Source of the DNA: Hyphomicrobiales bacterium
GTDB taxonomy: Bacteria; Pseudomonadota; Alphaproteobacteria; Rhizobiales; Aestuariivirgaceae
Direction: 5' to 3'
DNA: 64,000 nt
NCBI GenBank assembly: GCA_046349235.1
Contig: JAXMCT010000008.1
Coordinates: 486,435-550,434, forward strand
In this document: positions 9,858 to 20,349 of the stretch, in pieces
Layout of the letters: every line of letters starts with the position of its first letter
Numbering within the stretch: position 1 is the stretch's first letter
Program-made: the position numbers and the translations under genes
Notes under the pieces: model-generated
Database searches by the model: none
What the model saw: the letters and a program-made list of their open reading frames with translations, nothing else
What the model was told of the DNA's origin: nothing

Positions 9858-10328
9858 ATGCAGATTACCAAGACGCGCTTCGCCACCACCGTCCTCGCCG
9901 CGGCTGGCCTTGCCATCCTCCTCGCGGGCTGCTCGCCGGAAGTCGAGCACCGCGGCTACATGCCCAAGCCCGGCGCCTTCGACCAGATTTCGGCCGGCAT
10001 GTCGAAGATGGAAGTGGAAGGCATCATGGGCACGCCCTCGACCACCGCCTCGGTGCAGTACAAGGGTGACAGCTACTACTACATAAGCCAGATCACCACC
10101 AGCAAGGCCTTCCTGACCTCCGAGACAGACCGCACGGTCATCGCCATCCGCTTCAACGAAGATGGCAAGGTCAAGAGCTATGCCCAGTATGGCCTGCAGG
10201 ACGGCCGCGTGATCGACGTCAACACCAACCAGACGCCGGTCTATGGCGAGGACACCTCGATCATCAGCGCCCTGCTGCGCACCTCCAAGGGCACGCGCAC
10301 CGCGCCGATGCTGCAAGGAAAGTTCTAA
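9858..10328 (+). CDS. bamE: Outer membrane protein assembly lipoprotein BamE
   Basis: Lipobox 'LAGC', 'HRGY', 'GMSKMEV..IMGTPS', 'YYYIS'; divergent from cbp3 as in other alphaproteobacteria. Confidence 0.88.
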   Translation: MQITKTRFATTVLAAAGLAILLAGCSPEVEHRGYMPKPGAFDQISAGMSKMEVEGIMGTPSTTASVQYKGDSYYYISQITTSKAFLTSETDRTVIAIRFNEDGKVKSYAQYGLQDGRVIDVNTNQTPVYGEDTSIISALLRTSKGTRTAPMLQGKF

Positions 10329-10343
10329 CAGAGGAGCCACCCC

Positions 10344-11474
10344 ATGGATCTCATTCTCAGGGGTGGCCGCGTCATCGACCCCTCGCAGGGACTGGATGGC
10401 GTTCGCGACGTGGGCTTCGCCAACGGCAAGGTCGCCGCCATTGCGCCACGCCTTGAGAGCGCCACGGCCGAGGTGCGGGATGTGGCCGGTCTCATCGTCT
10501 CGCCCGGCCTCATCGACCTCCACACCCATGTCTATTGGGGTGGCACCTCGCTCGGCATCGACGCCGAGGAATTCTGCCGGACATCCGGAGTCACCACGGC
10601 AGTCGACACGGGGTCGGCGGGCCCGGGCAATTTCATGGGCTTCCGCAAGCATGTCATCGAGCGCTCGCAGGTGCGCATCCTCGCCTACCTGCATGTGAGC
10701 CATGCCGGCATCTATGGCTTCTCGAACACCGTGATGGTGGGCGAGAGCGAGGACATCCGCCTCATGGACCCGGTCACCGCGGCAGAGGTCGCCGACCGCA
10801 ACCGTGACGTCATCGTCGGCATCAAGGTGCGCGTGGGCCGCCACGCCTCGGGCGACCAGGGTGTCGCCCCCCTCAACATCGCACTTCAGGTGGCAGAGGA
10901 AACCGGCCTGCCGCTCATGGCCCACATCGATGAGCCGCCGCCCTCCTACGAGGAGGTGATCGCCATGTTGCGGCCGGGGGACGTGCTGACGCATGCCTTC
11001 CGCCCCTTCCCCAATTCGCCTGCCACGGCGCAGGGCACGGTGAAGCCGGCGGTACTGGCGGCGAGGAAGCGCGGCGTGCTGTTCGACATCGGCCACGGCA
11101 TGGGCTCGTTTGCCTTCAAGACGGCGCGCGCCATGCTGGCCAATGGCTTTGCGCCGGACACCATTTCATCCGACGTCCATGCGCTGTGCATCAACGGCCC
11201 GGCCTTCGACCAGGTCACCACCATGTCGAAGTTCCTGTGCCTCGGCATGAGCCTCAACGATGTCGTCAAGGCCTCGACCGAGACGGCCGCCTTTGCCCTG
11301 AAACGTCCGGAACTCGGCAGCCTCAAGCCCGGGAGTGCGGGTGATGCCACGCTTCTCTCCGTGGATTCCGGCGACTTCGACTACGTGGACGTTGTGGGCG
11401 AGCACCTCGAGGGCCGCCAGCGCATCACCTCGCGCGGCGTGGTGATCGGCGGCAAGTGGTGGCATCCGCACTGA
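10344..11474 (+). CDS. Amidohydrolase/deacetylase (dihydroorotase-like) metallohydrolase
   Basis: 'PGLIDLHTH', 'GVTTAVDTGSAG', 'GIKVR', 'FDIGHG.GSF', 'ISSDVH'; AGGAG RBS. Confidence 0.88.
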   Translation: MDLILRGGRVIDPSQGLDGVRDVGFANGKVAAIAPRLESATAEVRDVAGLIVSPGLIDLHTHVYWGGTSLGIDAEEFCRTSGVTTAVDTGSAGPGNFMGFRKHVIERSQVRILAYLHVSHAGIYGFSNTVMVGESEDIRLMDPVTAAEVADRNRDVIVGIKVRVGRHASGDQGVAPLNIALQVAEETGLPLMAHIDEPPPSYEEVIAMLRPGDVLTHAFRPFPNSPATAQGTVKPAVLAARKRGVLFDIGHGMGSFAFKTARAMLANGFAPDTISSDVHALCINGPAFDQVTTMSKFLCLGMSLNDVVKASTETAAFALKRPELGSLKPGSAGDATLLSVDSGDFDYVDVVGEHLEGRQRITSRGVVIGGKWWHPH

Positions 11475-11548
11475 CGGGTGCGCTGGTAAGTTCCAAGACA
11501 GGGTTTCGGGTCTGGCGCATGATGGTTCCCGTCTGACGGGAGGTTCCG

Positions 11549-12787
11549 ATGCTGCGTATGCTAGCCGCCGCCGTGCTTTTCCTGCTTGCCTTCACTGCGG
11601 CCCACGCCGAGGTGCCGGTTCCACAGCTCATGGCAGAGCGCCTGGATGCCGGCGAGAGCGCACGTCTCGAGAGCGATCTAACGGCGCGGCTCGCGGCCAA
11701 CCCGGGCGATGATCAGTTGCGTTTCGCACTGGGAGCGACGCAGTTCATCCGCACGGTCGAGGGCCTGTCGCAGGACATGTACCGCTACGGGCTCCAGACC
11801 CCGCATGGCGTCGAGATGATGCTCCCCTTCTTCCGCTTTCCGGTTCCGCTCAATCCCAAGCCCGAACAACTGGACTATGACAAGATGCGCGCCGTCTTCC
11901 AGCGCGCGCTCGCCGGGTTCGAGAAATCCGATGCCACGCTCGCGGGCATGGGGACGGCAGACGTGAAGCTTCCGCTCGCCATCGGGCTGGTGCGCCTCGA
12001 CCTCGACGGAAATGGCGTCGCGACCGAGCAGGAGAGCCTGTTCGCCCTGTTCAACGCCACGCTGGGCGGCAACACCATTCCGAAGGAGGCGGGCGAGAAG
12101 TTCGCAATTTCTTTTGATCGGGGCGATGCCTCCTGGTTGCGGGGATACTCCAATCTCCTCAGTGCACTGATCGACTTCCTGCTGGCGCATGACGGCAAGG
12201 CGAGCTTCGATGTGAGTGCCCAGATGCTGTTTCCCAATGCCGGCCTTCCGCTGGCCGTGCTCGACCGCCAGGGCCGCACCAGGGACCAGTACTTCGACAT
12301 GGCGCCAGCAGCCGACATTCTGGCAGCCATTCACATGATGCACTGGCCCGTCACCGATCCGGCCTTGATGAAGTCCGCCCTCACCCATCTCGAGACCACC
12401 GTGGCCATGAGCCGCGAAAGCTGGCGTTACATACTGGCCGAAACCGACGACGAGGCGGAGTGGATCCCCTCACCGCGCCAGAAGAATGGCGTCATCGCCG
12501 GCGTGCCGGTGACGCAGGCGACGGTTGATGGCTGGATGGCGTTCCTCGGTGAATTCGATGCCATTCTGCAGGGCAAGAAGCTGATCCCGCACTGGCGGCT
12601 TGCCAAGGGCATCAACTTCCGCCGCGTGTTCCTGGAACCACAGGCCTTCGACCCGGTGTTGTGGGCACAAGGTTCGGCGGCACTTCCATACCTGGAAGAC
12701 GGGCCGGAGACCGATGCCGAGACATGGCGCAACATCGTAGAGGTGTTCGAAGGCAACTTCCTGGGCTTTGCCTTCTGGTTCAACTGA
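11549..12787 (+). CDS. Exported hypothetical protein (412 aa)
   Basis: GGAGG RBS, Sec signal peptide (…AAHA|EV), coding-like codon usage; family not recognised. Confidence 0.75.
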   Translation: MLRMLAAAVLFLLAFTAAHAEVPVPQLMAERLDAGESARLESDLTARLAANPGDDQLRFALGATQFIRTVEGLSQDMYRYGLQTPHGVEMMLPFFRFPVPLNPKPEQLDYDKMRAVFQRALAGFEKSDATLAGMGTADVKLPLAIGLVRLDLDGNGVATEQESLFALFNATLGGNTIPKEAGEKFAISFDRGDASWLRGYSNLLSALIDFLLAHDGKASFDVSAQMLFPNAGLPLAVLDRQGRTRDQYFDMAPAADILAAIHMMHWPVTDPALMKSALTHLETTVAMSRESWRYILAETDDEAEWIPSPRQKNGVIAGVPVTQATVDGWMAFLGEFDAILQGKKLIPHWRLAKGINFRRVFLEPQAFDPVLWAQGSAALPYLEDGPETDAETWRNIVEVFEGNFLGFAFWFN

Positions 12788-12805
12788 ACCGCCGACCACG
12801 GACAC

Positions 12806-13579
12806 TCACCCCCTGACGATGTCCTCGATCTCGTCATAGACGGCGGGCGGGGCGACGATCAAACTGTTGCCCTTGAACAGGCCGTCACGGGCGAGGAAGT
12901 CACTGATTTGGGCCCCTGCTCCTTCGCACACGGCAAGGGCACCCAGCGCATCCCATGACTTGATGAGCGGTTCGAAGAAGCCGACGAGGCGGCCCGCCGC
13001 CACGTAGCAAAGGCCAAGCGCGCCTGAACCGTCGCGGTAGAACATGCCGCCCTTCTCGAGGAGCCGCGTGAAGCCCGGCAGGAATTCGCCGGGACCACTC
13101 TTCGGCGAATAGCCTGCATAGGTGATGCCCTGGCGCACCGACGTGGCACTGCTCACGCGGATCGGCCTGCCGTTGAGCGTCGCCGGAATGTTGCGGCCAC
13201 CGGCGAAGAGTTCATCGCGCGCCGGGGCATAGACCATGCCGAACTGGATGACGCCGTCCTGCATGAAGCCGATGGACACGCACCAGCTGGACATGCCCAG
13301 GATGAAGGGCTGCGTGCCGTCTATGGGATCGACAACCCAGATGCCCTGCCCTGCCGTGTAGGCCGTGGGCTGTGTCTCCTCGCCGAGGAAGGCGTCCCGC
13401 GGGAAGGCCCTGGACAGCCGCTCGCGGATGAGGAGCTCGGTGTTGAGGTCGGCCTCGCTGGCCAGGTCCTGCGGGCCCTTGTTCTGAACGGTCAGCTGGT
13501 CACGCGCGTTGAAGTAGTCCAGCGCCTTCGCACCTGCCTCGCGCACCAGGGCCAGGCCGAATTCAAATCTGTCGTTCAT
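12806..13579 (-). CDS. Inositol monophosphatase family protein
   Basis: 'DAFLGEE', 'WVVDPIDGT', 'GSGALGLCYVAAGR', 'WDA'. Confidence 0.9.
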   Translation of the reverse strand: MNDRFEFGLALVREAGAKALDYFNARDQLTVQNKGPQDLASEADLNTELLIRERLSRAFPRDAFLGEETQPTAYTAGQGIWVVDPIDGTQPFILGMSSWCVSIGFMQDGVIQFGMVYAPARDELFAGGRNIPATLNGRPIRVSSATSVRQGITYAGYSPKSGPGEFLPGFTRLLEKGGMFYRDGSGALGLCYVAAGRLVGFFEPLIKSWDALGALAVCEGAGAQISDFLARDGLFKGNSLIVAPPAVYDEIEDIVRG

Positions 13580-13580
13580 G

Positions 13581-14477
13581 TCAATCCTTCCACAGCCAGG
13601 CCGCACCGCGCACGCCGCTCGCATCACCATGCCTGTTGCGCAGGATGGGCGTGTGGAACACGGTGGAGAAGGTGCGTGCCGCCAATGCCGGCGGCAGATC
13701 ATCATAAAGTTCATCGACGTTGGACATGCCTCCACCCATCACGAAGACATCGGGGTCCAGCGCATTGACGACGGTGGCAAGACCGCGCGCCACGCGGTCG
13801 ATGTAGCGACGCCACAGCAGGTTGGCGAGATGGTCGCCCTGGCGCTTCAGCGCCATGATCTCGGCAGCCTTGAGCTCCAGGCCCTTGTGCTCTGTGTACT
13901 GAGCTTCGAAGGCGCGGCCCGAGCACCAGGTCTCGATGCAGCCGACGCGGCCGCAGTAACAGGGCTTGCCGGGGATCTCGGTGGTGTCGGGAAAGGGCAG
14001 CGGATTGTGCCCCCATTCTCCGCCCGAATTGTTGGGTCCGTGATGGGCGCGACCGTTGACGGCGATGCCGGCGCCGACGCCGGATCCGAGGATCACGGCG
14101 AAGACAAAGTTGTAGCCCGCGCCTGCCCCGTCCACCGCTTCGGAAGCAGCGAAGCAGTCGGCATCGTTCTCGACCCGGATGTCGCGGCCGAGAGCCTTCT
14201 GCAGGTCGGCCTCGACGGGTTGCCCAAGGATCCAGGTGGAACTCGCACCCTTGCCCAGCCGGCTCTTCGGTTCGAGCGAGCCCGGGATGCCGATGCCGAC
14301 CTGGCCGCTCCGCCCCGTTTTCTGCTCCAGCGCATCGACCATGCTGCGTATGGCGCGCAGGCAGCCGTCATAGTCGTGGCGCGGCGTGGCCTCGCGCAGG
14401 CGCAGCAACTCGCGCCCGTCGCGCTCCATCGCAACGCCCTCAATCTTCGTGCCGCCCCAGTCGATCCCGATCAACAT
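13581..14477 (-). CDS. ROK-family sugar kinase (fructokinase Mak-like)
   Basis: 'IGIDWGGTKIE', 'ENDADC', 'GEWGH', 'CYCGRVGCIE', 'GGGMSN', 'GDASGVRGAA'. Confidence 0.9.
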   Translation of the reverse strand: MLIGIDWGGTKIEGVAMERDGRELLRLREATPRHDYDGCLRAIRSMVDALEQKTGRSGQVGIGIPGSLEPKSRLGKGASSTWILGQPVEADLQKALGRDIRVENDADCFAASEAVDGAGAGYNFVFAVILGSGVGAGIAVNGRAHHGPNNSGGEWGHNPLPFPDTTEIPGKPCYCGRVGCIETWCSGRAFEAQYTEHKGLELKAAEIMALKRQGDHLANLLWRRYIDRVARGLATVVNALDPDVFVMGGGMSNVDELYDDLPPALAARTFSTVFHTPILRNRHGDASGVRGAAWLWKD

Positions 14478-14534
14478 GACTCGTTTCCTTTGCGCGCCAT
14501 CTCGCCGCGAGCAAGACGGAATTGCAAGCAAAAG

Positions 14535-14564
14535 AAAACCCCGCGCGGAACGCTCCGCGCGGGG
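14535..14564 (-). terminator. Terminator of hppA
   Basis: CCCCGCGCGGA-acgc-TCCGCGCGGGG with A run on the left (U tail on minus strand). Confidence 0.8.
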
Positions 14565-14586
14565 CTGGGTTGAGCAACAGTGGTGC

Positions 14587-16686
14587 TTAGTGCCCGGCCA
14601 GAACAGCCAGCAGCAGCAGCGCCACGATGTTGGTGATCTTGATCATCGGGTTCACGGCGGGGCCCGCCGTGTCCTTGTAGGGGTCGCCGACGGTGTCGCC
14701 GGTGACCGAGGCCTTGTGGGCCTCGGAGCCCTTGAAGTGCTTCACGCCCTTGCTATCGACGAAGCCGTCCTCGAAGGACTTCTTCGCGTTGTCCCAGGCG
14801 CCGCCGCCCGCCGTCATCGAGATGGCGACGAACAGGCCGGTCACGATCACACCCATCAGCATGGCGCCCACGGCCGAGAAGGCCGCGGCCTGGCCGGCGA
14901 TGGCGTTGATCACGAAGTAGACGACGATCGGCGAGAGCACCGGCAGGAGCGACGGGATGATCATTTCCTTGATCGCCGCCTTGGTCAGCATGTCCACGGC
15001 GCGGCCGTAGTCAGGCTTGTCCTTGCCTTCCATGATGCCCGGCTTTTCCTTGAACTGGCGGCGCACCTCGACGACGACCGCCTGGGCCGCGCGACCCACC
15101 GCCGTCATCGACATGCCGCCGAACAGGTAGGGCAACAGGCCACCGAACAGCAGGCCCACGACCACCCACGGGCTCGACAGCGAGAAGTCGACCGGGATGT
15201 TGGCGAAGTAGCTCTTGAGGTCCTGCGTGTAGGCGGCGAAGAGCACCAGCGCGCCGAGACCCGCCGAGCCGATGGCATAGCCCTTGGTCACGGCCTTGGT
15301 GGTGTTGCCCACGGCGTCCAGTGCGTCGGTGTTGTGGCGCACTTCCTTGGGCAGGCCCGCCATTTCGGCGATGCCACCGGCATTGTCCGTCACCGGACCG
15401 AAGGCATCGAGCGCCACGATCATGCCGGCGATGGCCAGCATCGTTGCAACGGCAACGGCGGTGCCGAACAGGCCCGCGAGACCGTAGGTCACGATGATGC
15501 CGGCGACGATGACGAGTGCGGGAAGGGCGGTCGCCTCCATCGAGACCGCGAGGCCCTGGATCACGTTGGTGCCGTGACCGGTGATCGAGGCTTCGGCGAT
15601 CGAGTTGACCGGGCGCTTGCCGGTGCCGGTGTAGTATTCGGTGATCCAGATGATCGCCGCGGTGATGACCAGGCCCACCACGCCGCACCAGAACAGGTGC
15701 ATCGGGGTGAAGCCGCCGAGGTCGACGCCCATGCCGCCGAACACCAGGGTGATCACCGGGTAGAGCGCGATGAGCGAGAGGACGCCCGTCGCGATCACGC
15801 CCTTGTAGAGCGCGCCCATGATGTTGTTGTTGGCGCCGAGCTTGACGAAGAAGGTGCCGATGATCGAGGTCACCACGCAGGCGCCGCCGATGGCCAGGGG
15901 AAGCACCATGCCGGGGAGCTTGTAGTCCACCGGAAGCGCGATGGCCGCGAGCACCATGGTGGCCACCGTGGTCACCACATAGGTCTCGAACAGGTCGGCC
16001 GCCATGCCGGCGCAGTCACCCACGTTGTCGCCGACGTTGTCGGCGATGGTGGCGGGGTTGCGCGGGTCATCCTCGGGGATGCCGGCCTCGACCTTGCCGA
16101 CCATGTCGCCGCCGACGTCCGCACCCTTGGTGAAGATGCCGCCGCCGAGACGGGCGAAGATCGAGATCAGCGAGGCGCCGAAGGAAAGCGAGACGAGCGC
16201 GTTGATTACCTCGCGGCTCGTCGGGTCCATGCCGAGCGAGTCCTTCAGGAAGCCGAAGTAGAGGGTGACGCCGAGGAGGCCGAGGCCCGCCACGAGCAGG
16301 CCGGTCACCGCACCCGCCTTGAAGGCGAGGTCGAGGCCGCCGGCCAGCGACTTGGTGGCGGCCTGAGCCACGCGCACGTTGGCCCGAACCGAAACGTTCA
16401 TGCCGATGAAGCCGGCAAGGCCCGACAGGATGGCGCCGATGGCAAAGCCGATGGCCGACCACTTGCCGAGCAGGAAGAAGGCGAGGACGAAGATCACCAC
16501 GCCGACGATGGCGATGGTGGTGTATTGACGGTTGAGATAGGCCTTGGCGCCTTCGCGCACGGCCGCGGAAATCTCCTGCATACGAGCCGAGCCGGCGTCA
16601 GCAGCCATGAGGCTGCGCGTCGTCACGATGCCGTACACGATGGAGAGCGCGCCTGCGAGCACGATCAGCCAGAGTGCATTGGTCAT
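14587..16686 (-). CDS. hppA: Membrane-bound H+-translocating pyrophosphatase, K+-independent type
   Basis: '[12 protein letters not shown]', '[20 protein letters not shown]', '[11 protein letters not shown]'; 'GNTTKA' (Lys) is the established K+-independent signature. Confidence 0.95.
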   Translation of the reverse strand: MTNALWLIVLAGALSIVYGIVTTRSLMAADAGSARMQEISAAVREGAKAYLNRQYTTIAIVGVVIFVLAFFLLGKWSAIGFAIGAILSGLAGFIGMNVSVRANVRVAQAATKSLAGGLDLAFKAGAVTGLLVAGLGLLGVTLYFGFLKDSLGMDPTSREVINALVSLSFGASLISIFARLGGGIFTKGADVGGDMVGKVEAGIPEDDPRNPATIADNVGDNVGDCAGMAADLFETYVVTTVATMVLAAIALPVDYKLPGMVLPLAIGGACVVTSIIGTFFVKLGANNNIMGALYKGVIATGVLSLIALYPVITLVFGGMGVDLGGFTPMHLFWCGVVGLVITAAIIWITEYYTGTGKRPVNSIAEASITGHGTNVIQGLAVSMEATALPALVIVAGIIVTYGLAGLFGTAVAVATMLAIAGMIVALDAFGPVTDNAGGIAEMAGLPKEVRHNTDALDAVGNTTKAVTKGYAIGSAGLGALVLFAAYTQDLKSYFANIPVDFSLSSPWVVVGLLFGGLLPYLFGGMSMTAVGRAAQAVVVEVRRQFKEKPGIMEGKDKPDYGRAVDMLTKAAIKEMIIPSLLPVLSPIVVYFVINAIAGQAAAFSAVGAMLMGVIVTGLFVAISMTAGGGAWDNAKKSFEDGFVDSKGVKHFKGSEAHKASVTGDTVGDPYKDTAGPAVNPMIKITNIVALLLLAVLAGH

Positions 16687-16892
16687 GTTAAACCCTTGTG
16701 TTTGTTCGCGTTTCCCCAGAGCCCCGTGCGCGGAATCATCCGCGTTATCCCTGCCCCGGAAGGTGGGCAAGGGTATGCCTTATCAAGGGCTTGGAGGCAA
16801 TATCCAGAAAACCCCTTCAGAAAGGCCAGTTGTGGACACAATCCCGGCGCAATCTAGGTTTATATTCCTCAGTCTACGGGTGGAGGGATGGC

Positions 16893-17957
16893 ATGAAAAT
16901 CTGGCTGGCGGGTTTGGTTGTTGCGGTGGTTCTGGCGGTGCTGGGCAGCATCGCCCTGCCCCGCGGGATTGCCGCGGCCCGGTTCCTGGCTGGCCCCCGC
17001 GATGAGGTGTCCGTGGCCTCCTGGCGCCTCACCAACTTGTCCGCCAATGACTATGCCGCCGCCGCCGACCAGGCGCTTGCCGCCAGGGACGAGGACCTCG
17101 CCGCCTCCATCGCCCAGCTGGCGGCGGAGCGCGGCATCGCCCTGCCTGCTCCCCTCGCCTCCCGAATCACGGCTGCACAGGACGAGGCCTCCGCCCGAAT
17201 GGGGGCAGACGCCTGGAACGGCTTTCTCTCGGGTGACGCACCCAACGAGGCGGCCTTGGCGGGTGCCGTCGCCGCCGACCTCACCGGCGTGGGCGACATC
17301 CGCGACCTCTACAGCCAGGCGGCCCGCTATGTGTCGGGCGAGGAGATCGACCCCTTCATCATCGGACTGGCCACTGTGGGCCTCGGCCTCACCGCCGCGA
17401 CCGTTGCCACGCTGGGCGCCACCGCTCCGGAAAAGGCCGGCGTCAGCACGCTGAAGGCCGTGAAACGCGCCGGGCGGCTTTCGCCCCTGCTGGCGCGCGA
17501 GGTGGGTGTCGTTGCCGCCAATGCGCTCGACGGCGAGGCGCTGCGGCTGGTGGGAACATCCCTGGCTCGGCTCGACGTGGCTGCGGCGCGCGCCGCCTCG
17601 GGCCGGGTGCTCAAGGCGGAGGCCGTGACCACGCTCAAGGGCCTCGGCAGCGACGTGGCGACGATCGGTGGAAATGCCGGATACCGCACGACGGTGGCGG
17701 CGCTGGGCACGGCGCGGTCGACCGAGGAGATGGGCGTGATCGCGCGGCTCTCCACCCGCTTCGGCACGGCGACGCGCGCGGTGATGGTGCTGGGCGGCAC
17801 GGCGCTGACCTTCGCCAGCTACGCGCTGACGGCAGCGATGTGGTCGCTGTGGCTGGTGTTGTGGATCGCCGGCGTGATGTTCGGCGCGGCAGGGCTGGGG
17901 CGCAGGATCGGACGGTGGATGTGGCCGCGGCCAGGGCCTCGGGTGCGCATGGCATAA
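16893..17957 (+). CDS. Hypothetical membrane protein (Ala-rich)
   Basis: GGAGGG RBS, N- and C-terminal hydrophobic segments, 'DLTGVGDIRDL' core; family not recognised. Confidence 0.7.
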   Translation: MKIWLAGLVVAVVLAVLGSIALPRGIAAARFLAGPRDEVSVASWRLTNLSANDYAAAADQALAARDEDLAASIAQLAAERGIALPAPLASRITAAQDEASARMGADAWNGFLSGDAPNEAALAGAVAADLTGVGDIRDLYSQAARYVSGEEIDPFIIGLATVGLGLTAATVATLGATAPEKAGVSTLKAVKRAGRLSPLLAREVGVVAANALDGEALRLVGTSLARLDVAAARAASGRVLKAEAVTTLKGLGSDVATIGGNAGYRTTVAALGTARSTEEMGVIARLSTRFGTATRAVMVLGGTALTFASYALTAAMWSLWLVLWIAGVMFGAAGLGRRIGRWMWPRPGPRVRMA

Positions 17958-17968
17958 CTCCCCCACAG

Positions 17969-18000
17969 TCCGTCAACCCGGCGAAAGCTGGTGTGACGGA
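17969..18000. repeat. Truncated REP-like palindrome
   Basis: TCCGTCA-ACCCGGCGAAAGCTGGTG-TGACGGA; shares core with the 18559 and 23004 elements. Confidence 0.65.
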
Positions 18001-18066
18001 CCGAAGGAACGTGACAGTGCCCGCCACGTCAGCAATGATCTTTGTCCCCATGCAACAGGCACTGAA

Positions 18067-18519
18067 ATGACGATTGCCACCATTCTGGAAGATTTTCCCG
18101 GCGAGTTCCAGCTTGGCGCGGGGGCCGGCAAGGAGGACATCGCCGCCTGCGAGCGGGCGCTCGGGGTGACGTTCGCGGGCAGCTTCGCGGATTACCTGAA
18201 GACATACGGGTGGCTCAGTTTCGGGGCGCACGAGGTGTTTGGTCTGGGGAGCGGCATCGCGCCGTGGCAGCGGCTGACGGAAAACAACTTGAGCGAACGC
18301 CAGGATGCGCGGCCGCCGCTGCCGCCGTTTCTCGTCACCTTCTACAATGACGGCTTCGGAAACCAGCACTGCCTGGACACGCGCGAAACCGTGGCGGGCG
18401 AACACCGCATCGTGTTGTGGAACCATGAGTTGGGTGCGGATCAATCGCCTGGTCTGCTGGCACCCTCGTTCGCAGACTGGCTGCGCATGATGTGCGAGTC
18501 GGAGCGCGATGAAAGTTAG
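18067..18519 (+). CDS. SMI1/KNR4 (SUKH) family protein
   Basis: 'GAGKEDIAACERALGVTFAGSFADYLKTYG', 'NDGFGNQHCLD', 'IVLWNHE', 'LAPSFADWL'. Confidence 0.88.
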   Translation: MTIATILEDFPGEFQLGAGAGKEDIAACERALGVTFAGSFADYLKTYGWLSFGAHEVFGLGSGIAPWQRLTENNLSERQDARPPLPPFLVTFYNDGFGNQHCLDTRETVAGEHRIVLWNHELGADQSPGLLAPSFADWLRMMCESERDES

Positions 18520-18558
18520 CAGAGCCTCTCCGGCGCTCACGTTGTCACCCGTCTCGGT

Positions 18559-18641
18559 CCGTCACCCCGGCGAAAGCCGGGGTCCAGCTTTGAGTATCGG
18601 CCGCGTGGAAAGCTGGATCCCGGCTTTCGCCGGGATGACGG
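18559..18641. repeat. REP/REPIN-like inverted doublet
   Basis: CCGTCACCCCGGCGAAAGCCGGGGTCCAGCTTT ... AAAGCTGGATCCCGGCTTTCGCCGGGATGACGG. Confidence 0.85.
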
Positions 18642-18661
18642 CAATCAGGAGAGTCGGTTCG

Positions 18662-19873
18662 CTACGCCGCCCGCGCCGGCTTCCCATAGGGATGCCGCGC
18701 CAGCCAGATGATCATCACCAGCGCCAGAACCACCATCGGGAAGACCGCGTAGTTGACGCCCGCCCAGCCGAACCAGGCGAGGAGCTTGCCGGCCATCAGC
18801 GAGGTGACGGCGGTGGTGGTGAAGACGAGGAAATCGTTGAGGCCCTGCGCCTTGTTCTTCTCTTCCGGCTCGTAGGTTTCGGTGAGCATGGTGGTGCCGC
18901 CGATGTAGCCGAAGTTCCAGCCGAGGCCGAGCAGCACGAGGCCGATGGCGAAGTTCTCGAAGTGTATGCCGAGCAGGCCCGAGACGGCGGCCCCCACCAG
19001 CAGCAGCATGCCGATGGCCGAGATGCGCTCGGCGCCGAAGCGGGCAATCAGGGTGCCGGTGAAGAAGCTCGGCACGAACATGGCGAGCGCGTGCCACTGG
19101 ATGACCCAGCTCGAATCCTTCACCGAGAAGCCGCAGCCCAGCATGGCGACAGGAGTCGCCGTCATCACCAGCACCATGATGCCGAAGGCGAGCATGCCCG
19201 TCGTCGCCGCCACCATGTAGCGCGGCTGGCGGGCGATCACAGCCAGGGGTCGGCCGGACGGCGCGTCATGCGCCTCACTCAGTGGAATATCGACGAACAG
19301 CAGCAATGCCGCGCCCACCAGCGCAAGTGCTGCCATGACGATCCATGTCCCGGCGAAGGTGACGGGCGCGAAGAGGTTCGTGGTCGCCATGACCATGAAG
19401 GTGCCGACGAGGGCGGCGGCGATGCCGCCCGTCATGACCCAGGAGATGGCCACCGGGCGGAAGGCGGGGCTCGCCGTGTCGGCGGCGGCGAAGCGGTAGT
19501 AGGAGGCCGACGCCTGGTAGATGCCGGACAGCAGGCAACCGACGAGAAACAGCGTGAAGCTCCGCTGGAAGATCCCGTAGGCGCCGACGAAAGAACCCGC
19601 CGCCCCCGCCAGCGCGCAGAGCACGAAGCCGGCGCGGCGGCCGATGCGGCGCATCATCATCGAAATGGGAAAGGTGGTGAAGGCGGTACCGACGATCGAG
19701 AGCGACATGGGCAGCGTGGCCCAGGAAGCACTGGGGGCCAGCTGCGAGCCGACCAGGCCCGCGGTGACGACGAGTGCGGTGGAGGTTGCGCCGAAGATCG
19801 CCTGCGCGGCGGCGAGGATCATCGCGTTGCGGCGGGCCTTGCTGTCATCGAAGGGGGCGGCCTCCGCCGTCAC
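18662..19873 (-). CDS. MFS transporter
   Basis: ~12 hydrophobic segments, 'RRIGRRAGF', 'YYRFAAAD', 'GLGWNFGYIGGT'. Confidence 0.9.
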   Translation of the reverse strand: MTAEAAPFDDSKARRNAMILAAAQAIFGATSTALVVTAGLVGSQLAPSASWATLPMSLSIVGTAFTTFPISMMMRRIGRRAGFVLCALAGAAGSFVGAYGIFQRSFTLFLVGCLLSGIYQASASYYRFAAADTASPAFRPVAISWVMTGGIAAALVGTFMVMATTNLFAPVTFAGTWIVMAALALVGAALLLFVDIPLSEAHDAPSGRPLAVIARQPRYMVAATTGMLAFGIMVLVMTATPVAMLGCGFSVKDSSWVIQWHALAMFVPSFFTGTLIARFGAERISAIGMLLLVGAAVSGLLGIHFENFAIGLVLLGLGWNFGYIGGTTMLTETYEPEEKNKAQGLNDFLVFTTTAVTSLMAGKLLAWFGWAGVNYAVFPMVVLALVMIIWLARHPYGKPARAA

Positions 19874-20349
19874 GCCTTGAATTCCCCGGGGCGGTTCTGG
19901 CGGGCGAACTGGTTGAGAACGCCGTTGACGAAGCGCGGCTCCTCCGGACCGAAGAAGGCATCGGCCACGTCGACGTATTCGCTGATCGCCACCTTGGCCG
20001 GGACACGCTCCATGAACATCAGCTCATAGGCGGCGGCGCGCAGGATGGCGCGGACGGTGGAGTCGAGGCGGTGCAGCGGCCAGTCCTTGTCGAGGATCCT
20101 GTCCACTGCGGGGTCGATGGCCTTCTGCTCGCGCACCACGCCGTCGACGACTTCCTTGAGGTGGCGGTAGTCGGCCTCGCCGCATTGGCCGTCCTCGAAG
20201 TTCTCGCCCGAGGCGCGAGACGAAAACTGCGCCAGCGTTTCGCCGACATCGGAGCCTGAGAGGTCCATCTGGTAGAGTGCCTGCACCGCGCCGAGACGGG
20301 CGGCGGAGCGGCGCTCGCGCGGATACTTGCTGCTGTCGTTGGCGCTCAC
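19870..20349 (-). CDS. nusB: Transcription antitermination factor NusB
   Basis: 'RSAARLGAVQALYQ', 'WPLHRLDSTVRAILR', 'FVNGVL'; follows ribH. Confidence 0.95.
   Translation of the reverse strand: MSANDSSKYPRERRSAARLGAVQALYQMDLSGSDVGETLAQFSSRASGENFEDGQCGEADYRHLKEVVDGVVREQKAIDPAVDRILDKDWPLHRLDSTVRAILRAAAYELMFMERVPAKVAISEYVDVADAFFGPEEPRFVNGVLNQFARQNRPGEFKA

Noticed and set aside
14386-16857. Very long antisense ORFs (also 24640-27078, 44345-46711, 47595-49571, 58187-60205, 60352-62442)
   Set aside because: Shadow ORFs opposite conserved genes, expected from high-GC codon bias
18509-18660. ORFs with 'RHPGESRG' / 'IPAFAGMT' peptides (also 22882-23149)
   Set aside because: Translations of the REP-like palindromes, not genes
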